DNA of 64,000 nucleotides, taken from Octopus vulgaris. Taxonomy: Eukaryota. Position numbers and translations under genes: made by a program. Shown piece by piece: positions 27,494-44,907 of the stretch (position 1 is its first letter; every line of letters begins with the position of its first letter). The DNA lies in the NCBI GenBank assembly GCA_951406725.2, contig OX597820.1, positions 2,046,001 to 2,110,000 of the forward strand, read 5' to 3'. The notes below the pieces were generated by a model. That model made no database searches and was not told the origin of the DNA. It was given only the letters and a program-made list of their open reading frames with translations.

Positions 27494-28021
27494 AGGTGGC
27501 CAGATGTTAGGGGTGATGTGGTTGCAGAAATTGTCTGACAGCTATGACAGGATTCTCTTGTTTGTGTGGCATGGTGCAGATTCCTGTGGCCAGACAGAGG
27601 GCGTTCCAGCAGGCTCCGTCTTGACTCAGGGCAGCATTGCCTCCTCCAAGCATTTGATGTAGGCCTCCGTGCTGAGTCTGAAGCCGTGTGCGAAGATGAA
27701 TGAAGGCATAACGTCTCCATCACTAGTGATCGCTCCAAATACCATGATATTGACTGGATGTTTGATTTTATCACTCTCGGTACATGTTTTGGGTGTCAGA
27801 TTGACACCCAAACACTGAAATGTTCGTATTGGACCTTCTGGTGCGAATACCAAGTAGTACAGAATGTCGTTTCCAAATTTCTGGCAGAATGAATTGCATT
27901 AGGGTGCTATTTTCTCACAGACGGTGCCCAACTGACCATACTATACTGTTTTATCGACAAAATCAATAACAAACAACGCGCATGCGCGAAATTAAAAATG
28001 ACAATTACCCATCGCACCCTA
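27494..28021 (-). mobile_element. Internally deleted Tc1/mariner-superfamily transposon: DDE/D catalytic-domain fragment plus probable left end
   Basis: Minus translation KHPVNIMVFGAITSDGDVMPSFIF...AYIKCLEE...VWPQESAPCH...PNIWPP matches the QQDSAPCH/WPPxSPD region and contains stops. Probable terminus near 28020. Confidence 0.8.
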
Positions 28022-28053
28022 TCTATCTATCTATATATATATCTATCTATCTA

Positions 28054-28109
<56 letters not shown>

Positions 28110-28872
28110 CATACATACATACATACATACATACATACATACATACATAATTACACGTATTAATATATACTTCCAAGCGGATATAAGTGGAGCGTAGTTT
28201 CGTATCTGTGTGTATGTGAATGCGTGTTTAAGTAGTACTTGTATAGTGTGTTACGGTATGCATATGTGTGTAGCGCGCGCGCGCGGTGTATGTGTGGGCC
28301 TGCATGTGTGCACATGTGTGTGTATGCACAAGTGCATATGTGTGCAAGATTACTCTTATATACCGACATATGTATATGAACGTCTCTCCTTCCTTCCCGA
28401 AATAAGTTCTACCAAACATATGTCATCTTCATTTTTAAATAAATCAAGTTGTCTCCCACCCCGGCCCTATTTTGTATGAAAATTAATGAAATCCTTTGGA
28501 AACCGATAATAGAAAACCAAACTAATCATATTTAACGGCAGCCATTCGCAGTCATTCGGAAAGACTATTGTCTCTATCACTCACACCTTAAGTTATCTTT
28601 CCAAAGTGTTGGCTTTTCAAAACTTAGTTATCTTTCGAACGCCACAAACCTTATTTATCCAGAGTCTTTATTTTATTGATGATATGATTACAGTAATTTA
28701 GACTTTGTCACGGGATTAAGAAGATCGCCTTGCAACACCTGGATTCCGTTTCAGTCCCACAACGCGGCACTGAAGCCGACCAATGCTTTGGGAATGAATT
28801 CGGTCGACGAAAAACTCTGAGGGAGTCTGCTGTATATACATATATACATATACTTATACATACATACATACA

Positions 28873-28961
<89 letters not shown>

Positions 28962-28985
28962 GTGTGTGTGATTGTGTATAGAAGA

Positions 28986-30863
28986 ATATATTAATAAAAG
29001 GAATTCGAACCTTGTCTGATTTTCACGTTTTATTTACAATCTTATAATGATATATTATAAGATACTATATTATAATTGAATAAAATAAAATGAAATAGTA
29101 GAATGTTAAATGTTCATTCTGATTGAACTAGTACTTTCATGCATTGAATTCTGCAATCTTCGGGTTCATGTAGTAGTGTTGACAGTCATGCTTCACAATT
29201 TTTGACTGTAGCAAGATGATTGATTCTGTGCTATAAATACAGCTGGGAGAGGCTCCAGAGTGCTAGGTTTTGCAAACTGTATTCTGACCAATCAGTGTGT
29301 AGTATCACTCAATTACTTAAGCTGATTGGTTGGTTGAGCTGATTGGTTTAGACATCACGCGTTGTTGGACATGTCAAGAGTCCTGTATCTTGACCCTGGC
29401 CGAAGCAGCAATTGTTGGGTTATTTTTAGAAATGTTGTAAATATCCTTTGTCAGAGATTTTTATATTTTTATATTTCAATTGTCATCATCATCATTGTCA
29501 GCACCTTAATTATTGTTGCTAGTGGTGATGGTGGTGGCAATAGAACTTTTAACCCTAAGTAAGATAATTTTCCTGCTATCTTCATCTTGATCACCTTTAG
29601 TATTGTTGTTGTTGTTAGTGGTCATGGTCGTAGCAGTGGAAGTAATACCTCTAAGTATTATTATTATTGCTTATTTAGCTTGGGTTCGAATTTATCAATA
29701 AAATTCTTTTCTCTGATTCTCCTCTCGATTTCACTTGGGCTGTGTAATTTGTAGAACGGAAATATTATATACATTTTCCGGCCACATGTTGCTAGGTGGT
29801 TACTCAAAGGTATCTGACGGACCTCTGGGTCTCTAATCTGTTGCCGGTGTACACGTGAGCGTTCTAATAGTGCGTTTCCCGTCTGACCTACATATATTTC
29901 TTCACAATTTGGGCATTTGATGCAGTAAATTAAATTTCTGCTTTTGCAGTTCATATTCGCGTTTGTGAATATTTTCCCGGTTTTTGTGTTTATATATTGA
30001 CCGGTATGTATGAATTGGCATGTGCCACATCGGCTATCATTGCATTTAGATACCGTGAATGTTTGGTCTTTGTTGCTAAGGTCAAATTTTGCCTTTGTTA
30101 GTAATGTTTTCAAGTTTTTAGGCTGTCTTTTACTAAGTACCATAGCTCGATCCGTGATTATGTCTTTTAATTCATTACTTTGGGCAATGATTGGTAGGTT
30201 TGCTTTGGCAATGTTGAAGATATTCTGGTGACATGGGTTGTGTGTCACTATGAATGGTATGACTTGTTCTTGTTTTCCTCTTCCTTGGGTTGTCCTAAGT
30301 TGTTGTATGGGTATTTTTATAGCCCGCTGTATGCCATTTTCTATATGTAGAGATGGGTATTTTTGTTTGAGCAAAAATTCTCTTAGTTCTATTAGGCGTT
30401 TGTTCCTGATATTTGCATTTTCTACAATGGTACAAATTCTTCTGGCTAAGCAGTATGGGATGTTACGTTTTGTATGTGGTGGATGGCACGACTTAAAATT
30501 TAGGTATTGATGTGTGTCTGTGTGTTTATAGTATATATCTGTGGTGATGGTGGTGTCTTTTTTAATTACCATTATATCTAGGAATGGTAATTTGGTACTA
30601 CTCATCTCCTTTGTAAATTGGAGAGATGAGTGTAGGTTGTTCAGGAGGATATTAAACTCTTCCAGAGTATTTAGAGATTCTGTCCAGATTATGAAGAGTC
30701 GTCTCTTCCATGCCTTTTCAATATACTTTCTTTTAACATTTAACATTCTACTATTTCATTTTATTTTATTCAATTATAATATATTATCTTATAATATATC
30801 ATTATAAGATTGTAAATAAAACGTGAAAATCAGACAAGGTTGGAATTCCTTTTATTAATATAT
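28986..30863 (-). mobile_element. 5'-truncated Neptune-type Penelope-like element with about 128-bp inverted pseudo-LTR ends; ORF 29664-30746 (RT thumb, Cys linker, GIY-YIG)
   Basis: LPFLDI, YYKHTD..QYL, CNDSRCGTC linker, LIYCIKCPNC..IYVGQT, R..H, final LN. 28986-29114 is inverted at 30735-30863. Hammerhead at 29124-29168. Confidence 0.92.
29124..29168 (-). ncRNA. Minimal hammerhead ribozyme motif (U4C core)
   Basis: TGAAC-CCGAAGA-T-TGCA-GAATTCAA-TGCA-T-GAAA-GTAC-TA-GTTCA; all three stems intact. Confidence 0.75.
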
Positions 30864-31117
30864 ATATATATATATTATATATGTGTGTGTGTGTGTGTGT
30901 GTGCGTGTTGGGAGTGTTAGGCGCAGGCTTGGTTTACTTCTCAACCGCACAGCTTAGGGTTCAGTTCCACTGGGTGGTACCTTTGGCGTATGTCTTCTAC
31001 TATAGCCACGAGTCGACCAAAGCCTTGTGTGTAGGTTTGGTTGACTGAAACTGAAAGAAGCTCATCACATATTTGTAGTGGATGAGTTTGTGTTAGCATG
31101 TGGTTGCTAATAAATAT

Positions 31118-31162
31118 TTACTATTGACGAAGCTCAAAGATGCAGAAATACGTATTTGGCAA
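31118..31162 (+). ncRNA. Degenerate minimal hammerhead motif
   Basis: CTA-TTGACGA-...-GAAA-TACGTA-TT-TGG, with palindromic stem III and weak stem II. Confidence 0.4.
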
Positions 31163-32415
31163 TGCTACCCACCTTTGCAGTAATTCGAAATACTATCACC
31201 TCTGCCGTGAACACAAAGTCAGACACATACTTCCTAGTGATTCCACCAACTGACAAATGATCGTCTTAATTCGATAGTAGCGTTGCCTAATAATTTCTTT
31301 GATATTTGTAACGATTGTGTCTTGGTACTTTGGAAATATTATATACTTTTACCGTTATTCCTATTGGAGAATATTATTGAGGTTTCTTGTTTAGAATGAT
31401 GGCCCTAAATTAGGAAAGGTTGGTGTAGAGAAAGTCCACTGATGCATATCAGGGAAATAGGAGATGCAGCTGGAGGAGAGGCGAGTCCAAATGTCAGATT
31501 GTATCATACGAGGAGAATATGGTACAACCTGACCGTAGCATCGTGTGCTGAGGTGATTTATCCGACTCACAATTTATCATTTTTGATTCAATAATATCTT
31601 TTATACACGTCCTTCTATAAACTGAAATACTTCCTGCTTCACGTGCTGTGGTGACCTTTAACAACACCTACGTCTATGTACACGGGTACCATCTGTATAT
31701 TATTTAACTTCAACACTTTCTGCTTTCAGGAACGATGACGCGGAGAGCATTCATTAATGAGGGCATGGTGTCCTAGTTTCTTCCAATAGCATAAACATTG
31801 AAACACTGAACAAAACAACAAAGCAGTCTGGCATCTTACTCACGCTCTAATCATAAACATCATAACAAAAGACTTCAAAGCCTTCTACGAAAGCAAAATC
31901 TTGTCGCAGTCTCTGACGATCTGTCATGGAGACCCTTACATACATAACTGTCAAAACTACAATCCAACAGGTTAACTTTCCTCTTCAATTCCCATCAATT
32001 ATTGTTCCTCCACAACAGAGTAGTGGTGTCATACTAAGACCACTTTCGCTCTTAGACAAACAAACATTCCAGGTTCCATCCACAACAACATCTTTCAATT
32101 GATTCGCAATGATTCATTTTACCAACAAACTCCAGTCATTAACTCACAAACGAACCATTTGTTCGTTTGTCTCATCTTTTATCTTTTACTTGTTTCAGTC
32201 ATTAGACTGCAGCCATGCTGGGGCATCGGCCTGCAGAATTTGTGGTCGAATGAATCCCCAGTACTTATTCTATCGTTCTCTTTTGCCGAACCGCTGGATT
32301 ACGGGGACATAAACATACCAGCACCGGTTGTCAAGCAGTGGTGGGGGACAAGCGCAGACACAAAGACACACGCATATGTGTGTGTGTGTGCGCGCGCGTG
32401 CGCGCGCGTGCGCGC

Positions 32416-32454
<39 letters not shown>

Positions 32455-34138
32455 TGCTCCTGCGTTGTTCGATCCACATCGATAAATGTTTATTTTTCGA
32501 TTTCCTATTATTAGTTATGACTAGAAATTTTATGATCTTTGTAATGAGTAAGAAAAATCAAATAGATATGTATATTGTATCGATTTAAAACACAAACTTT
32601 TAATCACGTCATAATCAATCTAGAAATGATTATCCCCCTTTAAATAATTGGCCACCAGGAGACACCACACGTCTGAAGTATTGCTTACATACGAATAATA
32701 GCTGAAATACTTTTGATCCTAGAAATACTTTTGTTCAAAGTTGTAACCGATGAGAAAGTAACCCCCGGGCCAGACACCAGCAAATTGTGTGTAGGCTGGT
32801 TGAATAGGTATCATTCGAATTGAATAAGACATAACAGAAGCAATATACTTCTACGAAAATTGAATATCAACACCAGATGCCGCCTCTAGCTTTGCTCGTA
32901 GTTTTACAAGCCACATAAATGTATTTTATTTTAGATTTCTTTAGATGTTTGCAGACAACTGATTATATTGGAAACAAAGAAGTAAAAAAAATGATAATCC
33001 TCAGCTGCAGAACACGAACAAGAAATTACAGAGCGAGGCGTTTCACTAAGCAATTTTGAAAAAGTTTGGGAGGAAATTACACACAAGACGAGAGAATAAA
33101 CTATTTAGAAAAGCAGAACGTTTCCCAATAATATCAGAGTCCGGTCTTGCAAATAAACTACTTTACACAAATCTTTCAATAATTCGATTATTAACATCAT
33201 TTTTTTCTCAAGCCCTCAGACTTATAAAGCCGGTTGCTCGGCTTCCATGGCATACAAGAGACTAACATCATAACAGTTTTCCTAAACGGGACACAGGTCG
33301 GTTAAAGGGATTCAAAGCCAGCAATTATGAAGGGAGAAACAGTCGAAGACGACATCGTCGTGACTTGTTGATATCGTCGCAAGAAATGCTGTTAAGTATT
33401 TGCCGGATATGCTAACGATTCTGCCAGCTTTCCGCCCACAACAACACAATAACACCGGGGAAATTATGACAGGGATCAATGGCCGATGTATATGCAGAGG
33501 GGACACCGACTTTCCGGACAGTTTGGGCCCTGCACCTCGCATAACTTACAAGGAGAAACCCCAAATTCGCAAAGCCACCCACTGAGCGGTCTTCTTCCAT
33601 AGCACCTCGCACCACAATTCGATCTCAGTATACGTGTCTCTGTATTTTGCTTAATTTATTCTTTTATTTGTTTCAGTCATGTGACTGCGGCCATGCTGGA
33701 GCACCGCCTTTAGTCGAACAAATCGACGCTAGGACTTATTCTTTGTACGCCTAGTACTTATTCTATCGGTTTCTTTTACCGAACCGCTAAGTTACGGGGA
33801 CATGAACACACCAATATCGGTTGTCAAGCGATGGTGGGGAGACAAACACAGACACAAACATGATGGGCTTCTTTCAGTTTCTACCAATTCTACTTCGTGA
33901 GTGGATTAGGTCGGCCCGAGGCTACAGTAGAAGACACTTGCCCATGGCTCCATACAGTGAGACTGAACCGGGAACCATGTAGTTGTTAAGCAAGCTTCTT
34001 ACCACACAGCCACTCCTGCGCCTAATCATTTAAGTAAATTTTCTATGTTTAATTTAAAGGTGCCCACCCCTGATCAGAAAAATCAGTAAACGGGAGAGGG
34101 TTTGAAATTAAAGTTTCCGGAAAATCGATGTTGCGCAC

Positions 34139-34177
34139 CAGAGGTTCCTAACCGGTGGTCCGTGAACTAAATTCAAA

Positions 34178-34209
<32 letters not shown>

Positions 34210-34319
34210 CAAACACACACACACACGCACACACAAAGATAAGCATATTATAAGGGGTCCGTGGGAAAACTCATTTAAATAAAAGGGGTCTTTAGTAGTG
34301 AAAAGGCTGGGAATAACTG
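34139..34319. mobile_element. hAT-type MITE
   Basis: TIRs CAGAGGTTCCTAACC / GGCTGGGAATAACTG; 8-bp flanks TTGCGCAC and TTGTACAC (6/8 match). Confidence 0.7.
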
Positions 34320-35525
34320 TTGTACACGGTTGTGTTCAAGTTTTAGCTTCTTTATTTTACCTTTTTTCTATTTTCATATAAACTTTATACAGTTTGTTTG
34401 GAACAATGAAGTTCCTAAATTTATATTCGACGTTTCCAGACCTTCATACACTCAATATGAAGACTGTATTAAATTTAGCATCTGTGTTGTTTCTTATATA
34501 TACCAGCTGAATTCGTATAGACTTTATCGCGAAAGGCTTTTTACTTGTCGCTGCATAGGTCAGCAGTCAAACGTTGATTTATTTGTTGCCGTCAAATTTT
34601 TGACAATTAATTTTTTTTATCTCTGTAGTCACCTGTTAAATTTTTTGATGTGTTCTGTTAACTGTGTTCTGATTTTGACACTAATTTTGAACCAACACCG
34701 CTTCCGTCGCTAATAAAGAAAAAACAAACAACTTTCCTAACACCGTTTCAAGGAAAATAAATATTTTTTACTCTTCGCAAATTCTAATTCGACTTTCGAA
34801 AACCATTTATCATTTATCTACTTGTTTCAGTCAGTGGACTGCGGCCATGTTGGAGCACCGCCCTTGAGAATTTTAGTCGAATGAATCAATCCCAGTACAT
34901 TTATTTTTCAAACCTGACACTTATTCTATTAGTCTCAGTCTCTTTTGACGAACCGCTAAGTTACGGGGACATAAACACACCAACACCAGTTGTCAAGCGG
35001 TGGTGGGTGGACAAACACAGTCGGAAAGACCTTAAACATACACACACACACATATATACACACACATATGACGGGATTCTTTCAGTTTCCGTTTACCTAA
35101 TCCACTCACAAAGCTTTGGTTAGCTCGATGTTATAGTAGAAGACATTTGCTCAAGGTGCCACGCAGTGGGATTGAACCTGGAACCAAAACTTTATTTATG
35201 CTAATCACTTTACTTGAAACTTCTGTCATTATTCGTATATCAATGTTTTGTCGTTTATTTGTTTTCCTCGGTGGACTGCGGCCATGCTGGGGCACCACTT
35301 GCAAAGGTTTTTAGTCGAGTAAGTCGACCCCAGGACTTATGTTATTTTAAAATCTGCTACTTATGCTATCGGTTTCTTTTGCCGAACCGCTACGTGTGCG
35401 GCATGGATGTGAATGTATATAAAAAGGGTGCTGATTAAAGATATTGAACTCCGTGAATATAATTGCATCAGTTTCTGCAACTCTAACTATTTGTCTATCT
35501 TCCTCTCTGTAGCTGTCTGCACACA

Positions 35526-35589
<64 letters not shown>

Positions 35590-35695
35590 ATTCTTTTCAT
35601 ACCTATGCCACAATGGGAACAAACCTGTATCGGATCTACGGTTTATATTGGATTTGGAACAAATATATATATACATACATATATATATATATATA

Positions 35696-35852
35696 AAACA
35701 TCTTATAAGCAAGGGCTAAAGAAGATTATTCTAAAGCCAATATACTGATTATCCACTCAGTTCAATTTTCCTGTAACAAGTGGTTTATAAGTGGATAATC
35801 AGTATATTGGTTTTAGAATAATCTTCTTTAGCCCCTGCTTATAAGATGTTTA
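35696..35852. repeat. Foldback with about 62-bp arms
   Basis: 35696-35757 is the near-exact reverse complement of 35790-35852. Confidence 0.9.
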
Positions 35853-35947
35853 TAATTTTGACCGTAAAGGTTTTTTTAATATACTGCCACGCTTCTTAAT
35901 GGAATTCTTTTCTGTAGAGAAAGGGGCTTCATCCTATATTGCATATA

Positions 35948-36005
<58 letters not shown>

Positions 36006-36008
<3 letters not shown>

Positions 36009-36663
36009 ATAAGGGACTAAAGCCATCTGAATATGGCTAGGGACAGGGCAGGGTGGTGGGGGTGTTACTGTTGCATTTAGCCCCAGGCGAACATCGACGT
36101 CACCAGAAAGGCCCGACACCGTCACGGTGTCCTTTAACCTGCAAAGGGAGGTAATTCCCCGATGAAGCGGAAACCACACACGGACCATGGTTTCAAGGTG
36201 TATTGCCTATCGTCGGCGTGTGGTAGGCTTCCGCTTCCTCGACGAATTCTCACTCTGCAGGATATTCATATATAGATTTTCAAGCAAAATACATTTGCTG
36301 ATTTCGAAAATCTGTTCGAAAGCAATAATAATTCTCAAAAAGAGATATAGACAGTAACTGCTCGATAACATAAGGGACTAAAGCCATCTGAATATGGCTA
36401 GGGACACGCCGACGATAGGCAATACACCTTGAAACCATGGTCCGTGTGTGGTTTCCGCTTCATCGGGGAATTACCTCCCTTTGCAGGTTAAAGGACACCG
36501 TGACGGTGTCGGGCCTTTCTGGTGACGTCGATGTTCGCCTGGGGCTAAATGCAACAGTAACACCCCCACCACCCTGCCCTGTCCCTAGCTATATTCAGAT
36601 GGCTTTAGTCCCTTATGTTATCGAGCAGTTACTGTCTATATCTCTTTTAGAGAATTATTATTG
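36006..36663. mobile_element. Complex inverted duplication of a hammerhead-bearing PLE-type terminus
   Basis: 36006-36221 is inverted at 36404-36618; 36321-36404 is inverted at about 36580-36663. Motif CACG-CCGACGA-T-AGG-CAATACA-CCT-T-GAAA-CCATGG-TC-CGTG on minus (36178-36221) and plus (36404-36447). Confidence 0.8.
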
Positions 36664-37363
36664 CTATATATATATATATATATATATATTCTTTCCTTCT
36701 TTTACTCGTTTCAGCCTTTCAGCCATGCGACTGCAGCCATGCTGGAGCACCACCGTGGATATATATATATATATATATATCTGCATTACGCTACCCCATG
36801 GTTGTTTTACCTCACTGTAAACTCGGTGTTATGGTACCGAGCTAATCCAAGCGTCCTGCGTGTTGATACACCTGGATTCTATATATGCGTGTGTGTTGTG
36901 TGTTTGTATGTGTATGCGTGTACACGCAAATGCATATATACGTACGTGTACACAAACACACAGAGACGCAGCTATTTCTTGCTTAACATGAAAAATCCTT
37001 TCCCCACCGTCACCGATGCCTCCGCTTATATCGAACCACGTTAATAGAATTTAATGGTCATGGCGATAATCGTAATTAATCCTTGAATATGAAATACCAA
37101 TTTGGAATGACATAAATTCGTTTAAAAAAGAAAAAACAATTTATGAAGAGTCATTCAAACAGTTATAGCTGCCACCTTTTCTACGTTAATTTTCTACGTT
37201 AATTGTACAATAAACAAATAATTTTAAAATTTTAATGTCGCTGAACGATCGAATTTCTGTCAACATTCAGGAACGAATCAAGAAATTGTTGTTGGCTTCA
37301 CTCTGTCCACCGTAAAATTTCATCAAGTTTTTTCGCTATCGTTTGAAACTCCTCCATGTTCCC

Positions 37364-37597
37364 TTCTTCTTCTTCTTCTTCTTCTTCTTCTCCTCCTTCT
37401 TCTTCGTCTTCTTCTTCTTCTTCTTCTTCTTCTTCTTCTTCTTCTTCTTCTTCTTCTTCTTCTTCTTCTTCTTCTTCTTCTTCTTCTTCTTCTCCTCCTT
37501 CTTCTTCGTCTTCTTCTTCTTCTTCTTCTTCTTCTTCTTCTTCTTCTTCTTCTTCTCATCATCTTCCTCCTTCTTCTCCTCCTCCTCCTCCTTCTTC
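37364..37597. repeat. (TTC)n/(TCC)n microsatellite
   Basis: Direct reading; source of the poly-R/K/S/F ORFs. Confidence 0.95.
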
Positions 37598-38827
37598 ATT
37601 TTTCGCATCGCAGCAGCATTTCTTCCAATTCTTTACCTTCCAAGTTCAAATTCCAGTGATGTCTTCTTTGTCTTTCATCCTTTCGAGGTCGATAAATCAA
37701 GTACCAGTTGAGCACTGGGTGGGGAGCATTGTAATCGACTTTCCCCCAGCACCGAAATCGTTGGCCTTGTACCAAAAACTTTGAAACCATTATTATTAAG
37801 GCAGCGAGTTGCCAGGAATGTCTAGCGGTATTTCTTTCGGTTCTCTACATTATTATTCTAATTATCATTCCTTCTTCCTCTCCTTCAATCTTTTCTTCTC
37901 CTCCTCTTCCTCCTTTATCTCTCCGTTTTCCTTCTTCATACACTGCTTAAGCCAACGGCTCTTTCAGCGGTAACAATTTCAACGATGGTTTTTTGAAGCC
38001 ACTAAAATTCTTAGTATACTTATGGAAACCAGTATCACAGGCTACTCGCCCACAGCTGGTTGTCACTTCTTCCAAAGACTCACGAATATCTTTCAATTGC
38101 TTCTTTAATGTGAATAATTAAAAGTAAAATTCCCAAATAGATCTTAATTGCCTGTGGGACAATTCTTTAAATAAAAAGGCTTGAAATATAGCCGTTCCCT
38201 CAGTTCAGTGACTGCGACAATGAATATTGTATTTCGTGATAAAGAAAAAGAAAAAGAAAAAAAGCGGGCGGCACATTAGTACAAAAGTTACGGCGTCCAG
38301 AGACATTAACAGAGATCAAAAGAAATTTGATAAGTTATTTTATTTTATTTATTTATTTGTAATAACATTGAAATTCCAGATGGCACGGCTGTGTGGAAAC
38401 CCGTCGTCTATGTACACACACACACACACACACATTGTGAGACTAATCACTCGACGTAGAACTCAACACGCTTAGGTTTCAGAACCAAGTGTTTGCTGGG
38501 TAGAGAGCGAAGATAAGAAAGAGAAATGGAAAGGAAGGAATGATGTATCTTACGAAGTTCCTAAGATAATCTTTTCTGCTGTAGGTACAAGGTCTGACAT
38601 TTGGTGGGAGGAGGTAAACCGATGACATCGACTCCAGTATTCAACTGGTATTTAATTTATCGTCCTCGAAAGGATGAAAGGCAAAGTCGACCTCAACGGA
38701 ATTTGAACTCAGAACGTAGCGGTAGAGGAAATACTACTAAACACTTCGCCCGGCGTGCTAACGATTCTGCCAGCTCGTCGCCTTGGAGTTCATAAGATAA
38801 TCGTTTAATCTTTTGTCATCTCTCTTT

Positions 38828-38886
<59 letters not shown>

Positions 38887-39786
38887 GAATAAGAAATAGG
38901 AAGTCATTGCTACAGCATTCTATTAAAAATATAAATAGAAATGTCTTTTCTGATAATTTTTCCACTTTAATAATTAGATTTTTAAAGTGGCTTTTCTGTT
39001 CATTTCTTCATGTGTGTGTGTGTGTGTGTTAATATTGCAACTTTAGAAACAAGCTATTTTAACACTGGCCAGTGTAGGCATTTCTCATGACACAACTCCA
39101 TAAACTATACACTTTTGAAAGTCTAACGCGAAACCAGTGAAATAATTCCTAAATTTTAAAATATATTTAAATCCTTTTTTTATTCCAACGGATTCTCTGT
39201 GCATTTTCAGCTTCGTTTTGCCCATTCCTTCACTTGTTTGGATTAATACTCGTAACAATTTCTCTCTCCCTCTCTCTCTCTCTCTCTTTCTCTTAAAACA
39301 TGCAATACGATATAATATATATTCGCATATGAGGATATATTAAACACGTTATAATATAAGTGGATCGAGCAATTAAAACCCAAAAAAGGTAAAGTTAATA
39401 AATGAGGGTGCAGAACAGCACCTGCAATTGCCAGAAATGAGAGCCAAAATTGCATTCGAACAGCAGCCACACAAAAGCTCTAACTTCATGGAATATTCGG
39501 GACTGCGAGCAGCAAGCGACGACATCTTTCTTTGGCGAGAGACACTCACAGAATGAAGTAGTTTGATAAAACCTTGTCATGTAATTTCGAAATTTGATCA
39601 ACGTGATCTTGTTTCTCGTTAGAGGTTTCCACAATTACTCCGGGTTAAAGAGATTGCCTGCCTCTCATTCGTCTTTCGAATTTGACTGGAAAGACTATTT
39701 ACATTTTGATTAGAGTCAACATTTGGTAAACTACAGCCGATGTTGTATCTGTCAAACGATGATCCTAAGTATTTTTAATCCTATAC

Positions 39787-39864
<78 letters not shown>

Positions 39865-39921
39865 TATAATAATAATAATAATAATAAATAATAATAATAA
39901 TAATAATAATAATGAATAATG

Positions 39922-39988
<67 letters not shown>

Positions 39989-39989
39989 C

Positions 39990-42470
<2,481 letters not shown>

Positions 42471-42539
42471 TTGAGGGAATATTATTCCTAACTTACAGGG
42501 AAAAATTCAATTTAGAAATACTAAATCAAATTTCACAAA

Positions 42540-44068
<1,529 letters not shown>

Positions 44069-44073
44069 TATCG

Positions 44074-44110
<37 letters not shown>

Positions 44111-44191
44111 TATCGATTTTATAACGCCGGTGTTTACTCTATTAAGCTATGAAATATGAATCAACTCGGAGACCGACTGTTTTATAGATCA

Positions 44192-44703
44192 CTAGCAGTA
44201 TCGCCCGGCGTTGCTCGGGTTTGTAAGGGAAATAACTATATAAGCATTTTTAGAGAGTTACTTCCCTTATAGATGCCAATTCGGGCTTTCTTAGCCATTT
44301 CTGTTTTGGTGTCTTTAAGCCATGAAGTCGTTGTTCTAAAAGAACACTGGTCTCCTTGACAACGCTTTACGACGTTGATTTCCTTACACTCCCTTCCCCA
44401 CAGCTTCACGATGGAGGGAAGAAGGGGAGAAGCAAACAGGTGCAGGTGTGACCATGGACGCCAACTCCGCCACCATCGACACACGCAAAATTATGCATTA
44501 AAATGGAATAAAAAATGATGTTAAATTATTTTTAAAATCGTAGACTCATCGTAGACGCGCGCTAATAGTCAGACGGGCTCGATATGAATCACGACTATAA
44601 GATACCCGAATTTGGTTAAACTGCACCGCAAAATGTGGGAGTAGTTAGGAATCTAAATAGAAGGGGACAGACACTCACACAACTACAGTTTTATATATAT
44701 AGA
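44192..44703 (-). mobile_element. Complete non-autonomous Helitron (512 bp)
   Basis: Minus: a|TCTATATATATAAAACTG...CCCGAGCAACGCCGGG(hairpin)CGATACTGCTAG|t. 5'-TC, 3'-CTAG, subterminal hairpin, A|T target, no TSD. Confidence 0.85.
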
Positions 44704-44907
44704 TATTTCTGAAAATCCAGAAACATACGTTGAGTTTATATAATTATTCACAAGGACAATGCAGTGAGTAATTCATTTCATTACATAAATTTACAATTGT
44801 GTGTGTGTGTTTGTGTGTGTTTTGATTTTGTGTTTTACCACCTTACCGCTTGACAATCGACGTTCACTTATTTATGAGACAGTAGCCTAACGGTTCGGCG
44901 AAAGAGG

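Noticed and set aside
31480-32170. Possible decayed LINE fragments here and at about 58780-59040
   Set aside because: Only a vague compositional resemblance; no motif I could translate with confidence.
35949-36820. Duplicated 'MVRVWFPLHRG...' ORFs on opposite strands
   Set aside because: By-product of the inverted duplication; no protein motif, and they run into microsatellite.
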